NCBI GenBank assembly: GCA_003246455.1
Contig: QKAF01000015.1
Location: 1,193-65,192, forward strand
Length of the DNA stretch: 64,000 nt
Reading direction: 5' to 3'
Source: Bacteroidota bacterium
GTDB lineage: Bacteria; Bacteroidota; Ignavibacteria; SZUA-365
Below are positions 40,408 through 49,742 of the stretch, piece after piece. The notes under the pieces are model-generated. The model did not search any database, had not been told where the DNA came from, and worked only from the letters and a program-made list of their open reading frames with translations. A program made the position numbers and the translations under genes. How positions within the stretch are numbered: the first letter of the stretch is position 1; each line of letters begins with the position of its first letter.

Positions 40408-42021
40408 ATGCAGAGAAGAACCTTTCTGAAATCCACGGCGGCTCTCGGCGCCGCAAGCATGCTCCCCTGGAAGAGCAGTCCATCGACGGCGCAGACTGCG
40501 GATCCGCCGACGGACGACTGGCTGCAGGCGGCGATCGACGAGGCGAGTCAGCTGGGCGCAGGTCATGCGGAAGCGCTCTACCTCGCCCAGCGCCGCCAGA
40601 GCACACAGATCCGCAAGGAAGATGTATACTCGATCACCGACAGTGACGAGGCAGGCATCACCCTTCGCGTGCGTTTCGGATCCTTTATCGGCACCGCCTC
40701 CGTCCCTTCCGCACAGAGGGGCTCGCCGAAGGACCTCGCACGGCGCGCGGTGGAGTCTGCACGCCTCCAGGGCGGCCTGCTGAAGCAGGATGAGCGCCTC
40801 AAGGCAAGCGAGTTGTTCGGCCGCCTCGATACCCTTCCTCGGGTGCCGTTGGATGTGATCCGGGATGTCTGGCAGCCCGAGGGAGTCGAGGATCCGTTTC
40901 TTACCGATCTCGGGGAACGCATTGATTTCCTGAAAAACCTGAACAGGACCGCCCTGAAGATCACGCAGATTCCGTACGCGGTATCGAACCAGTTTCTCAA
41001 CCGCAGGAGAAGCATCTTCGTCGACTCTCTTGGAAACCGGAAGGAACAGGAACAGTTCGCGACATATGTCAATTTCGCGGTCACTGCGTTCCATCAGCAG
41101 AAGCGACGCATGGACACCCGCACGAGCGAGCGGGAGGCGCAGGCTACCGGCTGGGCGGGAGCCACGGCGAACATGCAGTCGGAACTGGAAACGGCGATGC
41201 AGGAGGTCCTGCGCACGCAGCAGGCAGATCCGGTAACGCCGGATACCTACGATCTCGTCATCCATCCCACCATGCTGTGGAATCTCTTCCTCGAAACGCT
41301 GCTTCCCCATTTTGACGCGCGTCAACTCCTCCGACTCGACGGTCGCAGTTCCGGTGAACGCTGGATCACGCTGTCGAATCTCGGCGAACGTCCTCTCCGT
41401 TCCGAAGCGCTGGTACTCAACTGGGATACCGTTCTCCCAGGCGGTCTCGCGAGCTGCCGCTGGGACGACACGGGGAAACGAACCTCAAGTTTCATTCCCT
41501 TTCTCGACAGGACAGGCATCGTGCAGAATATCCCGGTTTCGCCCGATCTCGTCGCTTACGACCAGTCCTACTCCCTCGGGTTTCCCGGTTTCGACTTCAG
41601 CCGCGCCTCTGCCTGGCATACGCCCGCGACCATGGCGATGCCGAATATGGTTCTGCAGGGCGGTCGGGACGGGAAAAATCTCGACGACCTGATCGCGGGC
41701 GTGGACAACGGCATATTCGTAAAGGGCCGCGGCACGGTGCTGACGAATCCTGCGAAGTCACTCTTCCGGGTCCGTCCGCAGGCAGCGTGGGCGATCAGAG
41801 GCGGGAAAATCGCGGAGATGCTTCGCGATGTCGAGATTGAAACCAGCACCGCGCAGTTCTGGAACGCCCTCGAGGAGGCGGGACGCAAGGAAGATACCTT
41901 CCTCGGCGGGGAGCTCTTCCCCCAGCGTGCCTACCCGTTGTGGGACACGCCGTTCTCTATCGCGACCCCTCCGGCTCTTTTCCGCCGCATCCCCGTATAT
42001 CGCACGGAGGGACAGTCATGA
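40408..42021 (+). CDS. tldD: TldD/PmbA-family metallopeptidase with a twin-arginine (Tat) signal
   Basis: N-terminus MQRRTFLKSTAALGAASMLPW (RRxFLK Tat motif) followed by a TldD/PmbA beta-fold. The longer ORF upstream of this Met has no protein-like character. Confidence 0.7.
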   Translation: MQRRTFLKSTAALGAASMLPWKSSPSTAQTADPPTDDWLQAAIDEASQLGAGHAEALYLAQRRQSTQIRKEDVYSITDSDEAGITLRVRFGSFIGTASVPSAQRGSPKDLARRAVESARLQGGLLKQDERLKASELFGRLDTLPRVPLDVIRDVWQPEGVEDPFLTDLGERIDFLKNLNRTALKITQIPYAVSNQFLNRRRSIFVDSLGNRKEQEQFATYVNFAVTAFHQQKRRMDTRTSEREAQATGWAGATANMQSELETAMQEVLRTQQADPVTPDTYDLVIHPTMLWNLFLETLLPHFDARQLLRLDGRSSGERWITLSNLGERPLRSEALVLNWDTVLPGGLASCRWDDTGKRTSSFIPFLDRTGIVQNIPVSPDLVAYDQSYSLGFPGFDFSRASAWHTPATMAMPNMVLQGGRDGKNLDDLIAGVDNGIFVKGRGTVLTNPAKSLFRVRPQAAWAIRGGKIAEMLRDVEIETSTAQFWNALEEAGRKEDTFLGGELFPQRAYPLWDTPFSIATPPALFRRIPVYRTEGQS

Positions 42022-43343
42022 TGACGCGCAACGAATGCGAAGCCCTGCTCGCGATCGCAGTCCAATCCTCGGATGTCGACGAGGTCTTCGCAACGCTGAA
42101 CGCGACGGACAGCTGCTCGCGCAGCATCGCGGGACGCCTGCTCCTTCCGCCGCACCGCATGCGGAACACAGAAATTACGGTCACCGTCCGCAAGGGGCGC
42201 CGCTATGCCATGGCAAGCGGCAACGTGTACGATGAGACAAGCGTGCGCGACCTCGTGGCCCGCGCCGGACGCCATGCACAGTTCATGCCTGAGGCTCCCG
42301 AAATTATCCCCTTCCCGGGAACGGTCGACAGCGCGGAATCCCCGATGTACCGTGAAATGGATATTTCCCGTGGGGTGGACGGCTTCGAACGCGCACTCGA
42401 GACGTTCCTTGTCGAACCGTCCTTCGACGGAATGCGGGTATTCGGCAGTGCCACCAGCGCCTCCTCCTCCCTTGCGCTTGCGTCCTCCGGCGGGCTCTTT
42501 CTCTACCAGCCTTCTTCCCTCGCCAACGCGCATCTGCGATGCTTCTCCGACGACGGAATGAGCACCGGTTTCTCGGAGCGCTATGCCGTCAATCCGGCGG
42601 ACCTCGACCTGCGTGAAGTGCTCGAGTCCTCCGCCCGAGGCTGCGGGCAGTGGCGGAATCCCTCCGACATCAAGCCCGGCCGCATCACCACCGTGTTCGA
42701 GCCCCGGGCGCTGGCCGACCTGCTCCGTCCCCTCCTGCAGCAGTTCTCGCGCCGCGCCATCGAGCAGGATCAGAGCTTTCTCCGACGGCTCGACGGCACT
42801 TCGTTCCTCGGCACCAAACTCTTCCACGAGAGCGTGAACTTCCGTTCGGATCCGTTCGACGCGCGTGTTCCCTCGATGCCCTTCACATCGGAGGGACAGT
42901 CCGTGCACGCAGAAGACTGGGTTTCGAACGGCGTGATCGCACAGCTGGTCACAGATCGCTATGACGCCAGGAAATCTGCTTCGGCGGAGGTCGCGCCTCC
43001 CACCAACCTGATCATGGATGCTGCGGCACCGGTCAGCGATATCGTCGCGTCGACCGAATACGGCCTGCTTGTCAGAGGATTTGCCAATCTGAATATCCTC
43101 GACCCGAAAAACTGCCTGCTTTCCGGCTCGACACGCGACGGGGTATTCCTCATCGAGAATGGGAAAATCACGAAACCCGTGAAAAACCTCGTCCTGCGAG
43201 AAACCCCCGTGTACCTGCTCAAGGAAATCCTCGCGATGGGGCATGCGGAGTTGACATCGACGACCGGCAGCTACTTCCCGATGCTGCTTCCGTCGATCCG
43301 GGTCAAGGATGTGATGTTTACTCAGCTGAGCGGGCTGGTCTGA
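42018..43343 (+). CDS. pmbA: TldD/PmbA-family protein, second subunit of the pair
   Basis: The start ATGA overlaps the upstream stop. C-terminal motifs (GRGTVLTNP-like in the partner, PMLLPSIRV here) are typical of the TldD/TldE heterodimer. Confidence 0.7.
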   Translation: MMTRNECEALLAIAVQSSDVDEVFATLNATDSCSRSIAGRLLLPPHRMRNTEITVTVRKGRRYAMASGNVYDETSVRDLVARAGRHAQFMPEAPEIIPFPGTVDSAESPMYREMDISRGVDGFERALETFLVEPSFDGMRVFGSATSASSSLALASSGGLFLYQPSSLANAHLRCFSDDGMSTGFSERYAVNPADLDLREVLESSARGCGQWRNPSDIKPGRITTVFEPRALADLLRPLLQQFSRRAIEQDQSFLRRLDGTSFLGTKLFHESVNFRSDPFDARVPSMPFTSEGQSVHAEDWVSNGVIAQLVTDRYDARKSASAEVAPPTNLIMDAAAPVSDIVASTEYGLLVRGFANLNILDPKNCLLSGSTRDGVFLIENGKITKPVKNLVLRETPVYLLKEILAMGHAELTSTTGSYFPMLLPSIRVKDVMFTQLSGLV

Positions 43344-44214
43344 TTACCACACCGTAGATCTCGGAGAAGAGCAGTCCCGCGAACATGATTCCCGCACCGA
43401 GAATCTCGATGGCGGACATCGATTCGGTGAGGAGAAAATACGCGATGATGGCTGCGAAGACGGGTTCCATCGTGAAAATGATGGCCGCCTTGGTCGGTGT
43501 GGTTTCACGCTGATACTTCGACTGCACGAACAGCGCGATCGTGGATGCGAAGAAGCTCAGGTACAGCAGTGCTCCGATGGCGGTTGTCGAAAACACGGCG
43601 GAATGCGCGTCGAGGAACGGCGAAGCCGCGAAACCGATCACCGCTGTGGTGACGAACTGATAGAACACGATTTCCCGGTGAAAGCGCTCTCGCGTAAACA
43701 CGTCGAGATAGACGATGTAGAATGCGAAAACAACGGCGCAGAGCAGGACGAGCACATCGCCGGTGTTGAACGCTCCCCCTGCGGGCGAGGTGAAAATATA
43801 CAGTCCGGCGCCGACGATGACGACCGAGATGGCATTCCCGAGCGAGGGCAGGCGGCGTTCGATCGCGAGCTGCACCAGCGGGGTGAAGACAACCATGGTG
43901 CCGGTGAGAAATCCCGCCTTCGATGCCGTGGTTTCAACGAGACCGATCGTCTGCAGGGCGAAACCGGCCCCGAGCAGAATCCCGAGGACGATGCCCGCGC
44001 GCAGCGTCGCGGGCGTTGTTGCTTTGATGTCGCGCCATGTATAGATTCCAACCATCACCGCTGCGAGAACGAATCTCGTCCCCTGGAGCATCAGCGGCGG
44101 GAGATCGACCAGCGCGAACTTCGTCACCGTAAACGTGGACCCCCAGATGAGCGTAATGGATAGCAGGTACCTGTCGGCCTTGGGAAATATTCTGTGTTCC
44201 CTCTGTGTCATCAT
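43318..44214 (-). CDS. DMT-superfamily (EamA) transporter
   Basis: 10 TM helices in two EamA repeats. Confidence 0.8.
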   Translation of the reverse strand: MMTQREHRIFPKADRYLLSITLIWGSTFTVTKFALVDLPPLMLQGTRFVLAAVMVGIYTWRDIKATTPATLRAGIVLGILLGAGFALQTIGLVETTASKAGFLTGTMVVFTPLVQLAIERRLPSLGNAISVVIVGAGLYIFTSPAGGAFNTGDVLVLLCAVVFAFYIVYLDVFTRERFHREIVFYQFVTTAVIGFAASPFLDAHSAVFSTTAIGALLYLSFFASTIALFVQSKYQRETTPTKAAIIFTMEPVFAAIIAYFLLTESMSAIEILGAGIMFAGLLFSEIYGVVIRPARSAE

Positions 44215-44572
44215 TCTCCTGTCTGCCGCCGCCGGCTGTGATAAAAAACAAACTCCTTCGATTCCGGAAGAGCGGTTTCAGCAAATATACGGTGATATTC
44301 TTTTCCTCGGGGAACTCTACCGCAACGACTCCACCGCTCTGCGCACTGCGCTTGATTCCCTTCTCGAGGCGAACGACATCGATACGTCGATTCTTTTCGC
44401 CACCGCCCGTCAGACAGCCGTGGACAGGGAACAGAGTGCGGAACTCTACCGAGTAGTCATCGAACGTTTCGAGAAACGTTCGCAGCCGCAGGACTCGCTT
44501 TCTCCCGAAGCGAAAGCCGCGGCTGATTCGATCAGCACCCCGGTCAAGCCCCGGGCGCCTTACCTGAAGTAG
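44159..44572 (+). CDS. Hypothetical lipoprotein
   Basis: Signal peptide with lipobox (LLSAAAGC). The rest is helical with no family match. Its 5' end overlaps the divergent DMT gene's 5' end. Confidence 0.45.
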   Translation, partial: DSRYLSALGNILCSLCVIILLSAAAGCDKKQTPSIPEERFQQIYGDILFLGELYRNDSTALRTALDSLLEANDIDTSILFATARQTAVDREQSAELYRVVIERFEKRSQPQDSLSPEAKAAADSISTPVKPRAPYLK

Positions 44573-44584
44573 CCGACGCGAGTC

Positions 44585-45955
44585 CTATCCTTTCCGTTCC
44601 AGTCCGTACTTGTTGATTTTCTTGTACAGGTGGCTTCGCTGAATGCCGAGTTCATCCGCGGTACGGCTGACATTCCAGTCGTATCGCTCAAGCTGCCGCC
44701 GAAGGAAGGTTTCCTCCGTCACGTCCTTGAATTCCTGGAAAGAGACATCCATAGGGAGTTCTCCGGCCTCGGCATCGGCTGCGCCGTAGACCAGCCGGCT
44801 GACATCCGCGGGCATGATGGTTTCCGGAACCATGATGGCGAGCCGTTCGACCGCGTTGCGCAGTTCGCGCACATTCCCGGGCCACCGCATTTCCTGGAGC
44901 CGCCGCACTGCATCGTCATCGATGCTGCGTGACGGAAGTTTGTTGCGCCTGCAGGATTCGGAGAGGAAGAAATGAATCAGTGCAGGAATGTCTTCCCGGC
45001 GCTCGCGCAGGGGCGGAACGTGAATGGGGATCACATTGAGGCGATGAAACAGGTCCTCGCGAAAGCGCCCTTCCCGGATTTCGAGCGGCAGGTCCTTGTT
45101 CGTCGCCGCGATGACCCGCACGTCGACCGCGATGCGGCCGTTGCCGCCGACACGTTCGAACGTGCCCTCTTCGAGAACGCGCAGGACCTTCGCCTGTGCC
45201 GAGGGACTCATGTCGCCTATCTCGTCCAGGAAGAGCGTCCCGCCGTCGGCCTGCTCGAATTTCCCGATCCTTTTTGCCGCCGCCCCGGTGAACGATCCCT
45301 TCTCATGTCCGAACAGTTCACTTTCGATGAGTTCATGAGGAATGGCCGCGCAGTTGACTTCCACCATTTCTTTTTCCGCCCGGCCGCTGCTGCGATGAAG
45401 CGCCCGTGCCACCAGTTCCTTGCCCGTTCCGTTTTCGCCCGTCACAAGCACGTAGGCCTCGGTCGGTGCGACGCGCCGTATCGTTTCCCGCAGCGAACGG
45501 ATCGACGCAGATGACCCGATCATTTCGTCGGGACCGTGGATTTCCTCCCGCATGCGAAGGTTCTCGCGCAGCAGCGATGACTGCCGGATCGCGTTGCGGA
45601 GGGTGATGAGGATTTTCTCCCTGTCCGGAGGTTTCGAAAGGAAGTCGAACGCCCCTTTCTTCGTGGCTTCGACGGCGGTTTCAATGCTCCCGTGCCCGGT
45701 GAGCAGGATCACCGGCACCTCCGGGAACTCCGCTTTCATGCGTTCAAGAGTTTCGATGCCGTCGAGACCCGACATCTTCACGTCGAGGATCACGGCATCC
45801 GGGCGCATCGCGGACATCCGCTGCAGGCCCTTGATACCGCTCTCCGCTTCATCGACGGAGAAACCTTCGTACTCGAGCGTCATCCGCAGCATTTCCCGGA
45901 TGCTCTGTTCATCGTCAACGATGAGAATGCGTTGTGTGTCCATGGATCGATTCAT
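44585..45955 (-). CDS. Sigma-54-dependent response regulator (NtrC/AtoC family): REC + AAA+ + Fis HTH
   Basis: ILIVDDEQSIREM...DVKMSGLDG (REC), GESGTGKE and ESELFGHEKGAFTGA (sigma-54 activator) and a C-terminal HTH. No adjacent histidine kinase. Confidence 0.88.
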   Translation of the reverse strand: MNRSMDTQRILIVDDEQSIREMLRMTLEYEGFSVDEAESGIKGLQRMSAMRPDAVILDVKMSGLDGIETLERMKAEFPEVPVILLTGHGSIETAVEATKKGAFDFLSKPPDREKILITLRNAIRQSSLLRENLRMREEIHGPDEMIGSSASIRSLRETIRRVAPTEAYVLVTGENGTGKELVARALHRSSGRAEKEMVEVNCAAIPHELIESELFGHEKGSFTGAAAKRIGKFEQADGGTLFLDEIGDMSPSAQAKVLRVLEEGTFERVGGNGRIAVDVRVIAATNKDLPLEIREGRFREDLFHRLNVIPIHVPPLRERREDIPALIHFFLSESCRRNKLPSRSIDDDAVRRLQEMRWPGNVRELRNAVERLAIMVPETIMPADVSRLVYGAADAEAGELPMDVSFQEFKDVTEETFLRRQLERYDWNVSRTADELGIQRSHLYKKINKYGLERKG

Positions 45956-46691
45956 CGGACTGTTTGAATATTTCTGAGGGGAGAACGTCTTCGTGCCGCT
46001 GCAGCGCCATGGCGAAGTCCGCACCGAGGCGATTCACCATGATGTCACGCGGGTCACGTGAACCTTCCAGTTTGAATATCTCTTCTCCCGTTTCCAGCAG
46101 CTCGCCTGCCGTCTCCACCAGTGCCGGATTTCGTGTCACACACTGAAGCCAGGCGGATCCGAAGAAATGCGGAAGCTTGTCGCGATCGAGCGAACGCGGA
46201 GAGTCCCGAAGCAGCAGTCCCGGCAGATTCTCCATGCGCTGCTCGAACGCCGCGTGCGACTCGGTCGAAACGGGGACGGTGATCCCGAAGTTGAACAGCG
46301 GAATCCGTGCCGGAAACGTGTGATACGGCAGCGTCGCGAAACTCAGGGCGAAGAGGGCCAGGTACGGATCTCCTTCGGCAAGATACACCGCGTGAAGATA
46401 AATCGCATCCAGCCGCCGAAGGTCTCCCTCCCTGCTGCGGGGATTCAGCGGCCGCTGGGCCGCAATGAAGGATCGCAGGTCGTAGACGAGACTGACCTGT
46501 CGCGGAAGAATGATGCGGCGGAGGGATGTCCAGAAATCGGCGGGCGCCGGACGAAGCTGCTCGACTGCTGAAGCGGCATCAAGCCCGGTGCCCGATGTCG
46601 AATCCGGGGCACCCTCTGCCTGCTGTCCGGAGGCGGTGGCTGCGCCGGAGAGAAAGAGGAGTACAAACGCTATACTTCTGCCCCGGGACAT
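45915..46691 (-). CDS. Hypothetical secreted protein
   Basis: Signal peptide MSRGRSIAFVLLFLSGAATASG|QQAEG (Gln at +1). No family recognised. Its 3' end overlaps the sigma-54 regulator start. Confidence 0.5.
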   Translation of the reverse strand: MSRGRSIAFVLLFLSGAATASGQQAEGAPDSTSGTGLDAASAVEQLRPAPADFWTSLRRIILPRQVSLVYDLRSFIAAQRPLNPRSREGDLRRLDAIYLHAVYLAEGDPYLALFALSFATLPYHTFPARIPLFNFGITVPVSTESHAAFEQRMENLPGLLLRDSPRSLDRDKLPHFFGSAWLQCVTRNPALVETAGELLETGEEIFKLEGSRDPRDIMVNRLGADFAMALQRHEDVLPSEIFKQSDESIHGHTTHSHR

Positions 46692-46696
46692 TACTC

Positions 46697-48349
46697 TCAG
46701 GTCTGGATCACACCGGGATTGAAGCGCGGTATATCAGGATTGTTGTCTGCGATCTCAATGCAGTAGCTGATGACATCCCGCGTATGGACCGGGTCGATGA
46801 TCCCGTCGACCCAGAGCCGCGAGGCCGCGTAATACGGACTCATCTGCGTTTCATAGCGCCCCTGGATATTCCTGAGCAGTTCCTCCTGTTCCTCTTCACT
46901 GATGTGCCTGCCGTCGCGCTCCATCTGGGAGAGGCGAATTTCCAGGAGCGTCTTGCTGGCCTGCGCGCCGCCCATGACGGATATCTGCGCCGAGGGCCAT
47001 GCGAAAATGAAACGCGGATCGTAGGCTTTCCCGCACATCGCGTAATTCCCGGCTCCGTAGCTGTTGCCGATGATAAAGGTGATTTTCGGCACGACGGAGT
47101 TCGCGACGGCGTTCACCATTTTCGCGCCGTCCTTGATGATTCCTCCGTGCTCGGCGCGGCTCCCGATCATGAACCCGGTGACATCCTGCAGGAACACCAG
47201 CGGGATGCGCTTCTGATTGCAGTTCATGATAAAGCGCGCAGCCTTGTCGGCGCTGTCGCTGTATATCACTCCTCCGATCTGCATTTCTCCGCTTCCGCTG
47301 CGGACGACGCTGCGCTGGTTGGCGACGATGCCCACCGCCCATCCATCGATGCGCGCGTAGGCGCAAAGAAGTGTCTGCCCGTAGTCCGCCTTGTATTCGA
47401 CGAATTCCTGATCGTCCACGATACAGGTAAGCAGATCGTGGGTATCGAACGGTTTGGACCGGTCTTTGGGCATGATACCGTAGAGGTCCGCTGCCGGACG
47501 GCGCGGAGCGACGGCGTCAATGCGATCAAACCCGGCATTCCCCCGTCTTCCCTGTTTGGCAACGAGATCCCGTATCGTTTTCAAAGCCGTCTCATCGTCC
47601 GGCATGCGGTAGTCGGTCACGCCGCTTATCTCGCTGTGGACCCGTGCGCCGCCGAGCGCATCGTTGTCGATCTCCTCTCCGATCGCTGCCTTCACCAGAT
47701 GAGATCCCGCGAGGAACACGGTGCCGGTGTTTTCAACGATGAGGGACTCGTCACTCATGATCGGGAGATAGGCGCCTCCGGCCACGCAGTACCCCATGAT
47801 CGCGGCGATCTGCGGAATCCCCTTCGACGACATAACGGCATTATTCCGAAAGATGCGTCCGAAATGCTCCTTGTCGGGGAAGATTTCATCCTGCATCGGG
47901 AGAAACACACCGGCGGAATCCACCAGGTACACGATGGGAAGATTGTTTTCCATCGAGATTTCCTGGGCGCGGAGGTTTTTCTTCGCGGTGATCGGGAACC
48001 AGGCACCGGCCTTCACCGTCGCGTCGTTGGCGACGATGACGCAGTCGCGGCCGTGGATGCGCCCGATACCGAAGACGGTCCCGGCAGACGGGGCGCCGCC
48101 GTACTCGTCGTACATCTCCCAGGCGGTGAACAGACCGATTTCGAGAAACGGACTGCCGGGATCCAGCAGTGCATCGATGCGTTCCCGTGCGGTCAGCTTC
48201 CCGCGCGCGTGATGCTTTTCAATGGCTTTTTCTCCGCCCCCCAGCTTCACCTGTTCCTCCCGCGCATGAAGCACGCGCACCAGGTTCTTCATCACATCGC
48301 TGTTCAGATCAAAGGCCTGTTCCTGCGCACTGATTTTCTTCATGGTCAT
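46697..48349 (-). CDS. Acyl-CoA carboxylase carboxyltransferase subunit (propionyl-CoA carboxylase beta / methylmalonyl-CoA carboxyltransferase family)
   Basis: 550 aa with two crotonase-like CT domains (GGGEKAIEKHHARGKLTARERI...; ...GNSYGAGNYAMCG...). Confidence 0.88.
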   Translation of the reverse strand: MTMKKISAQEQAFDLNSDVMKNLVRVLHAREEQVKLGGGEKAIEKHHARGKLTARERIDALLDPGSPFLEIGLFTAWEMYDEYGGAPSAGTVFGIGRIHGRDCVIVANDATVKAGAWFPITAKKNLRAQEISMENNLPIVYLVDSAGVFLPMQDEIFPDKEHFGRIFRNNAVMSSKGIPQIAAIMGYCVAGGAYLPIMSDESLIVENTGTVFLAGSHLVKAAIGEEIDNDALGGARVHSEISGVTDYRMPDDETALKTIRDLVAKQGRRGNAGFDRIDAVAPRRPAADLYGIMPKDRSKPFDTHDLLTCIVDDQEFVEYKADYGQTLLCAYARIDGWAVGIVANQRSVVRSGSGEMQIGGVIYSDSADKAARFIMNCNQKRIPLVFLQDVTGFMIGSRAEHGGIIKDGAKMVNAVANSVVPKITFIIGNSYGAGNYAMCGKAYDPRFIFAWPSAQISVMGGAQASKTLLEIRLSQMERDGRHISEEEQEELLRNIQGRYETQMSPYYAASRLWVDGIIDPVHTRDVISYCIEIADNNPDIPRFNPGVIQT

Positions 48350-48476
48350 CGGGGTTCGCTGCTGTGGGACGTGTCACAGAAAATACATCAGTGACGATGG
48401 CAACACAAATGCTTGTTGTCCATTCCGGACACGTGTGGTATTTTCTTTTTTGCGGTGTCACACGCAGCAGCATACT

Positions 48477-49490
48477 ATGTCAGAGAACGGTTGCGCCATC
48501 CTGGAAGTCAAAAATCTCACCACGGTCTTCGAAACCCGTGAGGGCAACGCGGTTGCGGTCGACGACGTGTCCTTCTCGCTGTGCCGCGGAGAGACTCTCG
48601 GGATCGTCGGTGAGTCCGGCTGCGGCAAATCCGTCACCGCGCTCTCCGTCATGCGATTGATTCAGCGCCCTGGGAGAATCCTCTCGGGACAGGTGCTGTT
48701 CGAAGGACGCGATCTTCTCGAACTGAGTGACAAGCAGATGCGCATGCTTCGCGGCAGCGAGATCGCCATGGTGTTTCAGGAACCGATGACCTCGCTCAAT
48801 CCCGTCTTCACCATCGGAGATCAGCTCACAGAAGGACTGCTGTACCACAGCAATCGTCCGTGGACCGAGGCGTATGAAACCGCGGTCGACGTGCTTGCCC
48901 GCGTTGGGATTCCCGATCCTCACGACATCATGGTCGCGTTTCCGCATCAGCTCTCCGGCGGTATGCGGCAGCGCGTGCTGATCGCCATGGCGCTCGTATC
49001 CAGCCCATCGGTCCTGATTGCCGACGAGCCCACCACCGCGATCGACGTCACGGTTCAGACGCAGGTTCTGCGACTGATAAATGAGCTCAAAGGCGAACTC
49101 GGGATGTCGGTTCTGCTGATCACCCATGATCTCGGCGTTGTCGCCGAGACCTGCGATCGTGTCGCGATCATGTACGCTTCGCATATCGTGGAATGCGGCT
49201 CCGTCCGCGACATCTTCTACACGCCGCGCCATCCGTACACGGTCGGCCTGCTCTCCTCCATCCCCTCCTTTCACGAACCGAAGCAGCGCCTCACCATCAT
49301 TCCGGGGCAGGTACCGCGACCGACGAACTACCCGGTCGGATGCAATTTCCATTCGCGCTGCGGGTACGCGACCGAAAACTGCGTTTCACACCAGCCGCAG
49401 CTTGCCGCGGTAGCTGCGGGCCATGCTGTCTCCTGCTGGAATACCGCCCATGTGACGCTGCCGGAAAACATCACCGCCCATCGGCGCTGA
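48477..49490 (+). CDS. Oligopeptide/dipeptide-type ABC transporter ATP-binding protein (OppD/DppD-like), orphan
   Basis: Walker A GESGCGKS, signature LSGGMRQR, Walker B LLIADEPT and the OppD C-terminal domain with a Cys cluster (GCNFHSRCGYATENC). No permease or SBP gene adjacent. Confidence 0.85.
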   Translation: MSENGCAILEVKNLTTVFETREGNAVAVDDVSFSLCRGETLGIVGESGCGKSVTALSVMRLIQRPGRILSGQVLFEGRDLLELSDKQMRMLRGSEIAMVFQEPMTSLNPVFTIGDQLTEGLLYHSNRPWTEAYETAVDVLARVGIPDPHDIMVAFPHQLSGGMRQRVLIAMALVSSPSVLIADEPTTAIDVTVQTQVLRLINELKGELGMSVLLITHDLGVVAETCDRVAIMYASHIVECGSVRDIFYTPRHPYTVGLLSSIPSFHEPKQRLTIIPGQVPRPTNYPVGCNFHSRCGYATENCVSHQPQLAAVAAGHAVSCWNTAHVTLPENITAHRR

Positions 49491-49742
49491 CCCGCCGCCG
49501 GTCCTTTCGAAACCTCCCTCCTGCGTATCGAAATACGATTCCGGCCTCCCCCGCGCATCCAGCTGCTGCGGGTCCGCCGAATGTTGTTGATTTCGTTGGA
49601 TTTTTCCACTAACATGCTATGATAACTGATTGCCGGTTCCCTGAAAAAGGCATCTCGCAGTAACGATTTCACGGTTTGATTGTCTCTCTGCTAATCGAGC
49701 CGGCCTTGAAGGGCCCTCCCATCAAATTTACCTGAGGATTTT

